A stretch of 9,774 nucleotides of DNA from Octopus sinensis (taxonomy: Eukaryota): NCBI RefSeq assembly GCF_006345805.1, contig NW_021827768.1:1-9774 (forward strand). Direction: 5' to 3'. The notes below the pieces were generated by a model, which made no database searches, was not told the origin of the DNA, and worked only from the letters and a program-made list of their open reading frames with translations. The position numbers and the translations under genes were made by a program. Positions 1 through 8,030 of this stretch are shown one piece after another; the stretch's first letter is position 1, and the number at the start of each line of letters is the position of its first letter.

Positions 1-59
1 GTTTCTACGGCTGATGCCCTTCCTAACGCCAACCACTCCGCGAGTGGAGTGGGTGCTTT
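1..59 (-). mobile_element. SINE internal fragment (GGAAGGGCATCCAGCTGTAGAAAC family), cut by window edge
   Basis: Reverse complement aaaagcacccactccactcgcggagtggttggcgttaggaagggcatc-agccgtagaaac matches 1617-1676 with 4 substitutions and 1 indel. Confidence 0.85.
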
Positions 60-704
60 TTATATATATATATATATAGACATATATATATGTATATATA
101 TGTATACATATATATGTATACATATATATATGTATATATATTATAGTATACATATATATGTATACATATATAGATTATATATTATACATATATATATGAT
201 TATATATATAGGTAATATATATGATACATATAGATGTTACATATATATAGACCATTACATATACATATACATAATAATATATATGTATATATATATGTAT
301 TATATATATTGTATACATATATATGTATTTATATATATTGTTGTAACATTATATGTATACATATATATACTATATACATAATAATAGTATGTATATATAT
401 ATGTATATATATATGTATACATATATATGTATACATATATATATATATATACATTATATATGTATGTATATATATGTATAACAATAATATATATATATTA
501 TATATATATATATACACATACTACGTATAAAAAACATGCATATATACGTATTCATGCATATATAATTATATATATATATGTGTGTGTGTATGTGTGCATA
601 CATATACACCACACACACATATGCACTCATATATATATATATATATATAAATACCTACATATACACATGTACTTAAATATACCTACACACACACATATAT
701 ACAC

Positions 705-736
<32 letters not shown>
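60..736. repeat. Long imperfect (TA)n compound microsatellite with TACA/CA interruptions
   Basis: Directly visible; source of the Y/I-rich spurious ORFs between 49 and 759. Confidence 0.95.
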
Positions 737-738
737 TC

Positions 739-1011
739 AAAGTCTCTCAGGGTTTTTGAAAGGATATTGAAGAGCTGTGGTCACTTGAAACCCATGTTGT
801 TGCAGTATCTGGTTCTGTATCCTGTTGGCAATGTTGGGATTTTTGGTACTATGCAGTGCCACCTCATTCTACAGTTTGTGTAACTTTGAATGCCAAAGTT
901 TGGCATAAGATGTTCTAGGATTTTCCAGATATATATCACAGTATATCTTTGCTGCCTTCATTCTACGTATAGCAGCTTGACTTTATCTGACCTCTCGGTA
1001 GCTGACATGTC
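739..1011 (-). mobile_element. Decayed CR1/L2-group LINE fragment, C-terminal part of ORF2 (after the RT domain)
   Basis: Manual minus-strand translation from 1011: DMSATERSDKVKLLYVE*RQQRYTVIYIWKILEHLMPNFGIQSYTNCRMRWHCIVPKIPTLPTGYRTRYCNNMGFK*PQLFNILSKTLRDF. This fits the CR1-type pattern 'Y.ERL..L.LYSLERRR.RY.IIY.WKIL....PN...GPQLFN.LP..LR'. Two in-frame stops; the fragment ends at the TA tract. Confidence 0.85.
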
Positions 1012-1063
1012 GCATTGAAACAAAGAACTTGAAATAGTAATGGACGAAAGCCTCACCTTTGAA

Positions 1064-1235
1064 CATCATTACCATTCTTATCATTTTAATGTTCGTCTTA
1101 TCATGCTTTGATGGATCAGGCAGAATTCAGTGAAGCAGATTTCCTATAGCAAGATGTACATCCAGATGCCAACTGTGACCTGTTTCCAAGTGAGGTAATA
1201 TCTTCTCACATACAAGAGATTGAAAATGAATGCCT
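1064..1235 (-). mobile_element. Old degenerate SINE 3' portion
   Basis: catcatt...tcattttaatgttcgtc (reverse of the ...gacgttaaatgatgatg tail type), then gcagatttcctatagc...ccagatgccaactgtgacctgtttccaagtgaggtaatatc. This is the inverse of the aatgttacc...aaacaggtttagggttggtaacagaaagagcatccag segment near 6620-6690. Confidence 0.5.
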
Positions 1236-1251
1236 TTGCTTGTATCACCAA

Positions 1252-1429
1252 CATCATCGTTGTCATCATAATCATTTAATGCCTGTGCCTTGTGCTGGCA
1301 TTGTTTGAAAGGATTTGATGTGTCAAAGGACTGCTTTATTTCTCCACTGTCCGCATTTCATTGCTGGAGACCCTTCCTAATGACAAACTTTACAACATGG
1401 ATTAGGTGCTTTTTATGTGCCACCTGTAC
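1252..1429 (-). mobile_element. Degenerate SINE copy, same family as 1583-1758
   Basis: catcatcg...atcatttaatg (tail), gctggagacccttcctaatgacaaac and ggtgctttttatgtgccacc are reverse-complement matches to ggtggcacgtaaaaagcacc...gttaggaagggcatccagc. Confidence 0.7.
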
Positions 1430-1582
1430 TGTTGTGGTTGCCATAGTGGTCATCCCTCTCATATGTATATGATACAATTTATTGAACTTTCAGATTTTAA
1501 TATACTAGATCACTGGTGTTAAATTGATATTAATTAAATTAATATCCAATTTCTCACCCTCATTTTAAATTTATGCATGTGT

Positions 1583-1758
1583 AGCCTCGTCTGGCACCTG
1601 TGCCGGTGGCACGTAAAAAGCACCCACTACACTCACAGAGTGGTTGGCGTTAGGAAGGGCATCCAGCTGTAGAAACATTGCCAGATCAGACTGGGCCTGG
1701 TGCAGCCCCAGTTGAACCGTTGAACCCATGCTAGCATGGAAAGCGGATGCTAAACGAT
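1583..1758 (+). mobile_element. 5'-truncated SINE with RTE-like 3' tail
   Basis: ggtggcacgtaaaaagcacccactacac...ttggcgttaggaagggcatccagctgtagaaac...cccatgctagcatggaaagcggatgctaaacgat, then a GATA run. Homologous copies lie at 1-59, 1252-1429 and 6281-6465. Confidence 0.85.
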
Positions 1759-2056
1759 AGATAGATAGATATATATATTTTCATTCTAGCTGAGTAGCTC
1801 ATTGCTGCCAGGCAATTTTCATGATTGAAAGCCTTTATTTCATTTTTTTTTTTTGTTTCATGTCAGACCATGTCTTCTCCAATGGATAGGTCTCTTGATC
1901 AGGACAGATTTCTACAGTATTTGAAACAATTTATAGTGTCTTGATATACAAAGTTTCTGTCAGTCCATTCAGTGTAGAGATGTAAAGGATTTTTCTTTGC
2001 TCGCTGCTGATGCTTTGTGAGGGTCCTTCAGCTCTGTTGCCCTAATAAAATTCCTT

Positions 2057-2339
2057 ACACACATGCATACACACAAAAACACACATACATTCACAGACAG
2101 ACAGACAGATAGATAAAAATAGATAATGATAGATAGATAGATAGACAGACAGATAGACAGACAGATAGATAGACAGACAGATAGATAGATTAAGATAGAT
2201 AGATTAAGATAGATAGGTAGATAGATAGATGGATAGATAGATAGATGGATAGATAGATAGATGGATAGATGGATAGATAGACAGATAGATGGATTAGATA
2301 GACAGACAAACACATACATACATAGACAGGTAGACAGAT
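2057..2339. repeat. (CA)n/(GACA)n/(GATA)n compound microsatellite
   Basis: Directly visible; accounts for the LSIY-rich part of ORF 1969..2385. Confidence 0.95.
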
Positions 2340-2736
2340 TTACCTCCTTAAAGGAAACTATATCTCCATTGCAACACTTTTCCATTTTCCCATAGTAGGT
2401 TTAAGAATGGGTTCAAAAACAGGAAAGACAGCGAAAACATTCAAAATAGAAGCCAAAAGACAAGGTACCAGGTTTCACAAAGTGCAATGAAATGTCTCTT
2501 GAATCTTCTTGATATAACTTCTATAAATACCTGCTTCCACACTTAGTTGAAATTCCACAAACAGGTAGGTTTATAAATAGCTATTGAAAGATGATCAAGA
2601 ACTTTTCCATTTAAGAATTCTAAGTAGTCGATAAACCCTGCCAAGCACCTATTAATAAAGTAAATGGAATCTGAACTGGATAAGTCTTTTCTATATGTGG
2701 TATCTACTGTCTTTGAATTGGATTTCATGAGTCAAA

Positions 2737-3246
2737 GATAGGTAGAGAGATAGGTAGACAGATGGATATAAAGATAGAGAGAGATAGGTGGATGAACTGA
2801 TAGATAGATAGATAGATACATACATACATACATTCATACATACATGGACAGACAGAAATAGAGAGACAGATAGACAAATAGATAGATAGATAGATACATA
2901 CATACACGGACAGACAGAAATAGATAGACAGACAGATAGATAGATAGATAGATACATACATACACGGACAGACAGAAATAGATAGACAGACAGATAGATA
3001 GATAGATGGACAGACAGAAATAGATAGACAAACAGAAATAGACAGACAGACAGACAGATAGATAGATAGATAGATGGATTGATAGATAGATAGATTGACA
3101 GACAGACAGATAGATAGATTGGTAGATGATAGGTAGATATATAGAGAAGGAGAGAGACAGACAGAAAGATAGATACAAAGAAAAATAGATAGCTAGACAG
3201 GCAGATATACAGAGATATTGATATAGAGAGACAGAGATTGATATAT
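2737..3246. repeat. (GATA)n/(GACA)n/(CATA)n compound microsatellite with higher-order units
   Basis: Directly visible; the anchor ggacagacagaaatag recurs at 2846, 2908, 2966 and 3008. Confidence 0.95.
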
Positions 3247-3559
3247 AGAATTTTTTTCTTGTTTTTGTTAGCAAAGTTAGATTGAGTGGATCTCAGGTAT
3301 CGACTGATGTGAGGGTGGAGGGAGGGAAAAAATTTTGCAGTTACGTATTCACAACATAATTTCTTTAATTCAGAGGACAGTTTAACCTTCCACTTCACCA
3401 TTTACTATGTTAAGTAGCGGCAACATTGAAGAAAAGATTAACTAACGGGATTAGCTATATATCTCCATAAATACACACACTAATACATGCGTATCGCTAT
3501 ATCTAAATGCAGTTAGTCTTGGTCATCTTACAATTTTAATCAAACTTCGCATCACATTT

Positions 3560-3968
3560 GTATGGCTGTGTGGTTAAGAAGCTTGATTTGCATCTACGTG
3601 GTTTCAGGTTCAGTCCCACTGTGCAGTACCTTCAACACATGTTTTCTATTATAGGCCCAGGCAAGGTGGCGAGCTGGCAGAGACATTAGTGCGCTGGGCG
3701 AAATGCTTAGCAGTATTCCGTCTGCCGTTACGTTCTGAGTTCAAATTCCGCCGAGGTCGACTTTGCCTTTCATCCTTTCGGGGTCGATAAATAAAGTACC
3801 AGTTACACACTGGGATCGATGTAATCGACTTTAATCCCTTTGTCTGTCTTTGTTTGTCCCCTCTATGTTTAGCCCCTTGTGGGCAATAAAGAAATATATT
3901 ACAGGCCCAAGCTATGGTATTTTGTTAGTGAATTTGATATATGGAAACTGTGTGGAAGCCTGTTGCAT
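3560..3968 (+). mobile_element. tRNA-headed CORE-like SINE split by a younger SINE insertion
   Basis: A-box-like tggctgtgtgg (3563-3573), B-box-like ggttcagtccc and a decayed CORE-like segment. The element resumes after 3897 (gtgaatttgatatatggaaactgtgtggaagcc), matching the ggcagaaactataagaagccc part of the 5968-6134 copy. Confidence 0.7.
3663..3896 (+). mobile_element. Full-length tRNA-derived SINE with target-site duplication
   Basis: Head ggtggcgagctggcag, B-box gagttcaaattcc, central motif gactttgcctttcatcctttcggggtcgataaataaagtaccag and tail ...gggcaataaagaaata. Flanked by tattataggcccaggc (3647-3662) and tattacaggcccaagc (3897-3912), 14/16 identical. Confidence 0.9.
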
Positions 3969-4068
3969 GCATATCATATTAAAGGAAAAATCAAAACCAA
4001 GGCAAAATGAATATTTCAAGTCATTTAGAATAGTTTAATGAGGGTAAGGTGAATTTGATAGATATATA

Positions 4069-4455
4069 CAGGGTGCGATGGGTAAATTGTTGCCATTTTA
4101 TATTTTTAATTCCACCTAACATCTGGCCAGACTGCAATCTCCTTGATTATTATGCGTGGGGTGCAGTTGAGCGAGAGACCAACAAAACTCTTTGTAACAC
4201 CAAAGATGGATTGAAGGCAAGGATTATGGTAGCATTCACCAACTTAAACAAGGACACTGTCCAGAAAAGCTGCTGGAGATTTTGAAGTCGTTTGGAGGCT
4301 GTAGTTGAAGCCAATGGTGATTTTATTGAATAAATTTACTCTTCAGTATTTCAAGATATTTTTATGCAGTTTTGGTAAATATATCTGTTAAAATGAGATG
4401 TCAGCGTTATTTTCAGTTTTGTGTAATTTAGACAGCAATTTATTCACTGCATCCC
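4069..4455 (+). mobile_element. Internally deleted Tc1/mariner-superfamily DNA transposon (maT/DD37D-like), non-autonomous
   Basis: TA at 4067-4068, then left TIR cagggtgcgatgggtaaattgttgcc. A degenerate right TIR at 4431-4455 matches 18/25. Positions 4112-4333 translate as PPNIWPDCNLLDYYAWGAVERETNKTLCNTKDGLKARIMVAFTNLNKDTVQKSCWRF*SRLEAVVEANGDFIE*, the 'WPPxSPDLNPLDY..W...E...RL..V....G..IE' transposase C-terminus. Confidence 0.88.
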
Positions 4456-4495
4456 CTCCCCCAAAATTGCTACCCTTGTGGCAAAATTCGAAACC
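4456..4495 (+). mobile_element. 5'-truncated SINE tail fragment at the mariner right end
   Basis: ctcccccaaaattgctacccttgtggcaaaattcgaaacc is homologous to the tail at about 4755-4796 and is followed by (ATT)n. Confidence 0.75.
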
Positions 4496-4539
4496 ATTAT
4501 TATTATTACTATCATCATTATTATTATTATTATTATCAC

Positions 4540-4576
<37 letters not shown>

Positions 4577-4582
4577 ATCATT
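4496..4582. repeat. (ATT)n microsatellite (retroposon tail)
   Basis: Directly visible. Confidence 0.95.
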
Positions 4583-4796
4583 AAGGTGGTGAGTTGGCAA
4601 AATCGTTAGCACGCTGGATGAAATGTGTAGTGGTATTTCACCTGCCGCTATGTTCTGAGTTCAAATTCTGCCGAGGTTGACTTTGCCTTTCATCCTTTCG
4701 GGGTCAATAAAGTAAGTACCAGTTGAACACTGGGGTCAATGTCATCGACTAGCCCCCTTCCCCAAAATTGCCGTCCTTGTGGAAAATTTCGAAACA
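4583..4796 (+). mobile_element. tRNA-derived SINE with the same head and centre as 3663-3896 but a different tail
   Basis: ggtggtgagttggcaaaatcgttagcacg...gagttcaaattctgccgaggttgactttgcctttcatcctttcggggtcaataaagtaagtaccag aligns to 3663-3830, then diverges into ...cccaaaattgccgtccttgtggaaaatttcgaaac + (ATT)n. Confidence 0.9.
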
Positions 4797-5029
4797 ATTA
4801 TTATTATTATTATTATTAGCATCATCATTATTGTTGTTATTATTATTATTATTAGCATCATCATTATTGTTATTATTATTATTATTAGCATCATCATCAT
4901 TATTGTTATTATTATTATTATTAGCATCATCATCATTATTATTATTAGCATCATCATTATTATTATTATTATTATTATTAGCATTATCATTATCATTATT
5001 ATTATTAGCATTATTATTATTATTATTAG

Positions 5030-5063
<34 letters not shown>
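4797..5063. repeat. (ATT)n tract with periodic AGC(ATC)n interruptions
   Basis: AGC at 4818, 4854, 4887, 4923, 4947, 4980, 5007 and 5028; all spacings are multiples of 3. Confidence 0.95.
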
Positions 5064-5618
5064 GAGTGAGAGAGCAGTGCATGCCATCAAAGTGGCACTG
5101 GGATAAAATATATGAAGCCCAGTATACCCATCATTACTACTTGTCTGATAAGGGTACACCAGGCACATGCATCACAACCATATGTGCGCGACATGGTGAT
5201 CTCATATCAAGATTAAACAGCGCATGACCTTACAGGAGAGGCCTAGTTAGAATTTTCTTCAGGTCGATTAGCCCATCCCGCTCAAAAGGTCCCTGAATAA
5301 GGATTATTTAAGGATGTTGAATGAAGCACCCATGTTTCCAGAGGTGAATTATCCAAGCCTCACAGAATTCCTCTCAGCACATGGCTATGATGCTCCCCAA
5401 CTACTTCTGCTCGTGATCAGAGATGCACATATCGTCAGCCACTAAGGGACATGCTCAACTGGTTAAGGTCAAACAACTGACAAGCAAATCTGTGGTATTG
5501 AGCAGAATATTTGCTGTAGTCTGTCTTTCATACCAAGACAAAACAATGTACATGATAACACTTCCAATCAGTTAAGATCAGAAGCCACAAGAGCCACTGC
5601 TTGGTACTGCATCAGGGC
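5064..5618 (-). mobile_element. ~555-bp complex-sequence element embedded in (ATT)n; probable interspersed retroposon, class unresolved
   Basis: Sharp boundaries against (ATT)n on both sides (4797-5063 and 5619-5638), higher GC than flanks, no ORF. The minus strand runs gccctgatgcagtacc...gcactgctctctcactc(aat)n. Orientation is inferred from the longer tract. I recall this sequence as an abundant octopus repeat, which is unverified. Confidence 0.6.
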
Positions 5619-5638
5619 ATTATTATTATTATTATTAT

Positions 5639-5833
5639 GGTAATGAATTGGTAGGATTGCTTTGAGGTTATTTGTCCTGAATTTTTATGCTCTATGTTCA
5701 AATCCCACTGGGGTCAACTTTGCCTTTCATCCATTCATGATCAATAAAACAGAGAATCAGTCAAAGAGTGGAATCACTGAAATTGCTTAAGAATCTCCCC
5801 CATCAAAAGTGTTGGCCTCATGCCAAAATTGAC
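5639..5833 (+). mobile_element. Old degenerate copy of the 4583-4796 SINE type
   Basis: tatgttcaaatcccactggggtcaactttgcctttcatccattcatgatcaataaa...ctcccccatcaaaagtgttggcctcatgccaaaattgac + att repeats. Confidence 0.7.
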
Positions 5834-5967
5834 ATTATTATCATTGATTCTTGCTTTGAAAGACATTTTTTTTATTTACATTGTGATCCGTGGATTAAAT
5901 TACGTTTGAGTTTTGCAAAAATTGTGTATTACTGTTTATCTAATTACATAAAATCATTGTTCGAGAA

Positions 5968-6134
5968 GGTGAGGGTTGCAATGGCTCTGTGGTTAAGAAG
6001 TTCGTTTCGGAATCGTGTGGCTTCAGGTTCAGTTCCACTCCAATGTGTGGCACTTTGGGCAAGTGTCCTTCTCTAAGTCAACCATTGCATTGAGTGTATT
6101 GACTGATGGGCAGAAACTATAAGAAGCCCATGAA
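5968..6134 (+). mobile_element. tRNA-headed CORE-like SINE 5' half ending in (TA)n
   Basis: A-box-like tggctctgtgg, B-box-like ggttcagttcc and CORE-like tgtgtggcactttgggcaagtgtc; homologous to 3560-3968. Confidence 0.7.
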
Positions 6135-6147
6135 ATATATATATATA

Positions 6148-6238
6148 TTCTTTTACTTGTTTCAGTCATTTGACTGCGGCCATGCTGGAGCACCACCTTG
6201 AGGAGTATTAATCGAACAAATTGACCCCAGGACTTATT
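6148..6238 (-). mobile_element. SINE 3' tail fragment (aaggtggtgctccagcatggccgcagtc...gaaacaagtaaaagaa type)
   Basis: Reverse complement reads aataagtcctggggtcaatttgttcg...caaggtggtgctccagcatggccgcagtcaaatgactgaaacaagtaaaagaa; related to the tails at 7715-7772 and 8115-8172. Confidence 0.75.
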
Positions 6239-6280
6239 CACATTGGTGTTGGTACTATTGTCGTGTAAAAAAATACAATC

Positions 6281-6465
6281 GATGGTGCCACATGAAAAGC
6301 ACCTAGTACACTCTGTGGAGTGGCTGACATTAGGAAGGGCATCCAGCTGTAGAAATGAAACCAAACCAGACTATGGGACCTGGTGTGGCCCCCTGGCCTT
6401 ACCAGTTCCTGTCAAGCCACCCAACCCATCTCAATTTAGAAAACAAACGTTAAATGGTAACGATG
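6281..6465 (+). mobile_element. SINE 3' portion, same family as 1583-1758
   Basis: ggtgccacatgaaaagcacctagtacactctgtggagtggctgacattaggaagggcatccagctgtagaaa...ccaacccat...aaacgttaaatggtaacgatg. Confidence 0.8.
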
Positions 6466-6750
6466 TGCGTGTGTGTGTGTCTGTCTTCCCTTTTTCTTGA
6501 TAATTGCTCAGTGGTTACAGACAAAGTCACCAGTGAAAGAAATGGTGTCATTTGTTTCAAATCTTGTGTGAAAACATGGTCAACTATTGAGTTAATCCTT
6601 TTTTGAAGAACTGGGGGAAATGTTACCTATTTGTATTGCCTCACCTTCAAAACAGGTTTAGGGTTGGTAACAGAAAGAGCATCCAGTTGTTGAAAACTGG
6701 TCCGCAAAACTTTTCTCCAGTGTATGGAAGCCTTGACAGTTGGACATTCA
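6466..6750 (+). mobile_element. Old degenerate SINE 3' half following a (GT)n stretch
   Basis: ggggaaatgttacc...aaacaggtttagggttggtaacagaaagagcatccagttgttgaaaact resembles the ggaagggcatccagc motif and the inverse of 1064-1235. Confidence 0.5.
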
Positions 6751-6793
6751 AAGTGTTTTGTTAAGGTTATTTCTACAGATATCTTTATATATA

Positions 6794-6941
6794 AAAGTCA
6801 AGTTGTGTGTCTGTCTCCTACGATTTAGATTCCTAACTACTCCCACATTTTGCGGTGCAGTTTAACCAAAGTCAAGTTGTGTGTCTGTCTCCTACGATTT
6901 AGATTCCTAACTACTCCCACATTTTGCGGTGCAGTTTAACC
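6794..6941 (+). repeat. Perfect 2 x 74-bp tandem duplication inside the Helitron
   Basis: aaagtcaagttg...gcagtttaacc at 6794-6867 and 6868-6941, identical on base-by-base reading. Confidence 0.95.
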
Positions 6942-6994
6942 AAAACTGGGTATCTTATAGTCGTGATTCATATCGAGCCCTTCTGAGTATTATC

Positions 6995-7191
6995 ATGAGT
7001 CTACGATTTAAAAAAAAATTTACCATCATTTTTTTCCATTTTAATGCATTTTCTTCGCTACTTATATAAGAGAAGTAACTCTCTAAAAATGTCTACGATG
7101 AGTCAACGATTTAAAAAAAAATTTACCATAATTTTTTTTCCATTGTTAATGCATTTTTTTTCTATTTTTTGGCTATAACTCTCTAAAAATG
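6995..7191 (+). repeat. Diverged ~100-bp tandem duplication inside the Helitron
   Basis: atgagtc(t/a)acgatttaaaaaaaaatttaccat...aatgcatttt...taactctctaaaaatg at 6995-7091 and 7098-7191. Confidence 0.9.
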
Positions 7192-7391
7192 CTTATATAG
7201 TTATTTCCCTTACAAACCCGAGCAACGCCGGGCGATACTGCTAGTTCTACATAAATTATGGCCAGCTCTTGTTTTTGCCACAACACCGATTCAAACAGTG
7301 GTGGTGATGATGATGTATGGAAGCAAAAAAAAAAAACAAACATTTGGAAATTTATTTTGATATTCTACATTCATTTCAGAACGTCAACCAA

Positions 7392-7648
7392 TTTCCACAG
7401 AAAACCAACAAACTGTAAACTTTGAATGACAGAAATGAATGTATGTGTGCGCGCATATACATACTTACATACTTATACACAAACACACACATATACATAC
7501 ATATATCAATTTAATACACAACCGAAAGAGCCACCAAGTTTCATGCTTCTATGATACCCTTAACTAGGCATATTTATAAATATGTATCTCCATGTATCTC
7601 CAAGTATCTCCAAGCAATCTTTCAGGCTTTGTTTACGCATTACATATT
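7392..7648 (+). repeat. Local duplication copy A
   Basis: tttccacagaaaacc...atatcaatttaatacacaac|cgaaag...agtttcatgct...gcattacatatt aligns to 7903-8032 plus 8174-8286. Confidence 0.9.
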
Positions 7649-7793
7649 GTATAAATATGTCTATTTAAAGTATCACAAAAGTATGAAACTATCAGTAGTT
7701 CTTTTCAGTTTATTTTATTTTTTTTATCTAGTTTCAGCTCACAAGCTGTGGCCATGCTGGGGCACCGCCATTTGTTGTGTATTAAATTGATAT
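7643..7793 (-). repeat. Local duplication copy B (inverted, partial; contains a SINE tail)
   Basis: Reverse complement: atatcaatttaatacacaacaaatggcggtgccccagcatggccacagcttgtgagctgaaactagataaaa...ctgaaaagaactactgatagtttcatac...gatactttaaatagacatatttatacaatatg. This aligns to 8013-8033 plus 8115-8237. Confidence 0.85.
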
Positions 7794-8030
7794 TTATCTC
7801 TCGTTGGATGGAGCACATTGTTTTTTTTTTGTTGATTCTACTTATATTAGATTTATAAACTACACACACACACATTTAAACATACATCATCATCATCATC
7901 GTTTTCCCACAGAAAACCAGCAAACTATATACTCTGAACGATAAAAATGAATGTTTGTGTGCGCATATACATACATATATACTTATACACAAACACACAT
8001 ATATACATACATATATCAATTTAATACACA

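Larger units (their letters stand above)
6782..7244 (+). mobile_element. Non-autonomous Helitron (463 bp)
   Basis: 5' end TCTTTATATATAAAAG immediately after A6781. 3' end has the GC-rich hairpin CCCG-AGCAACGC-CGGG (7217-7232), 8 nt, then CTAG (7241-7244) followed by T7245. This is the canonical A|TC...CTAG|T structure with no TSD. No Rep/helicase coding. Confidence 0.9.

Noticed and set aside
49-759. Several ORFs of 62-110 aa rich in Y/I/M/C/H
   Set aside because: Translations of the (TA)n tract, which lacks stop codons by composition.
1969-3401. Minus-strand ORFs of 61-236 aa, mostly LSIY-repeat
   Set aside because: Most are translations of (TATC)n/(TGTC)n. The unique portions and the 61-aa ORF 2543..2728 show no recognisable domain, and the tested minus-strand splice combinations contain stops.
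4388-5168. Poly-Asn, poly-Ile and poly-Leu ORFs resembling low-complexity or membrane proteins
   Set aside because: All arise from the (ATT)n tracts in different frames.
5064-5618. Possible snRNA (U2/U12-like) origin of the ATT-flanked element
   Set aside because: Only a short Sm-site-like stretch (ttttgagcggg on the minus strand) resembles U12; no extended similarity was recognised by eye.
5768-6500. ORFs 5768..6076, 6029..6364 and 6243..6500
   Set aside because: They overlap SINE copies and show no protein motifs.
6794-6941. Exact direct repeats that might suggest a CRISPR array
   Set aside because: Two adjacent 74-bp units with no spacer, inside a eukaryotic Helitron; no cas genes.
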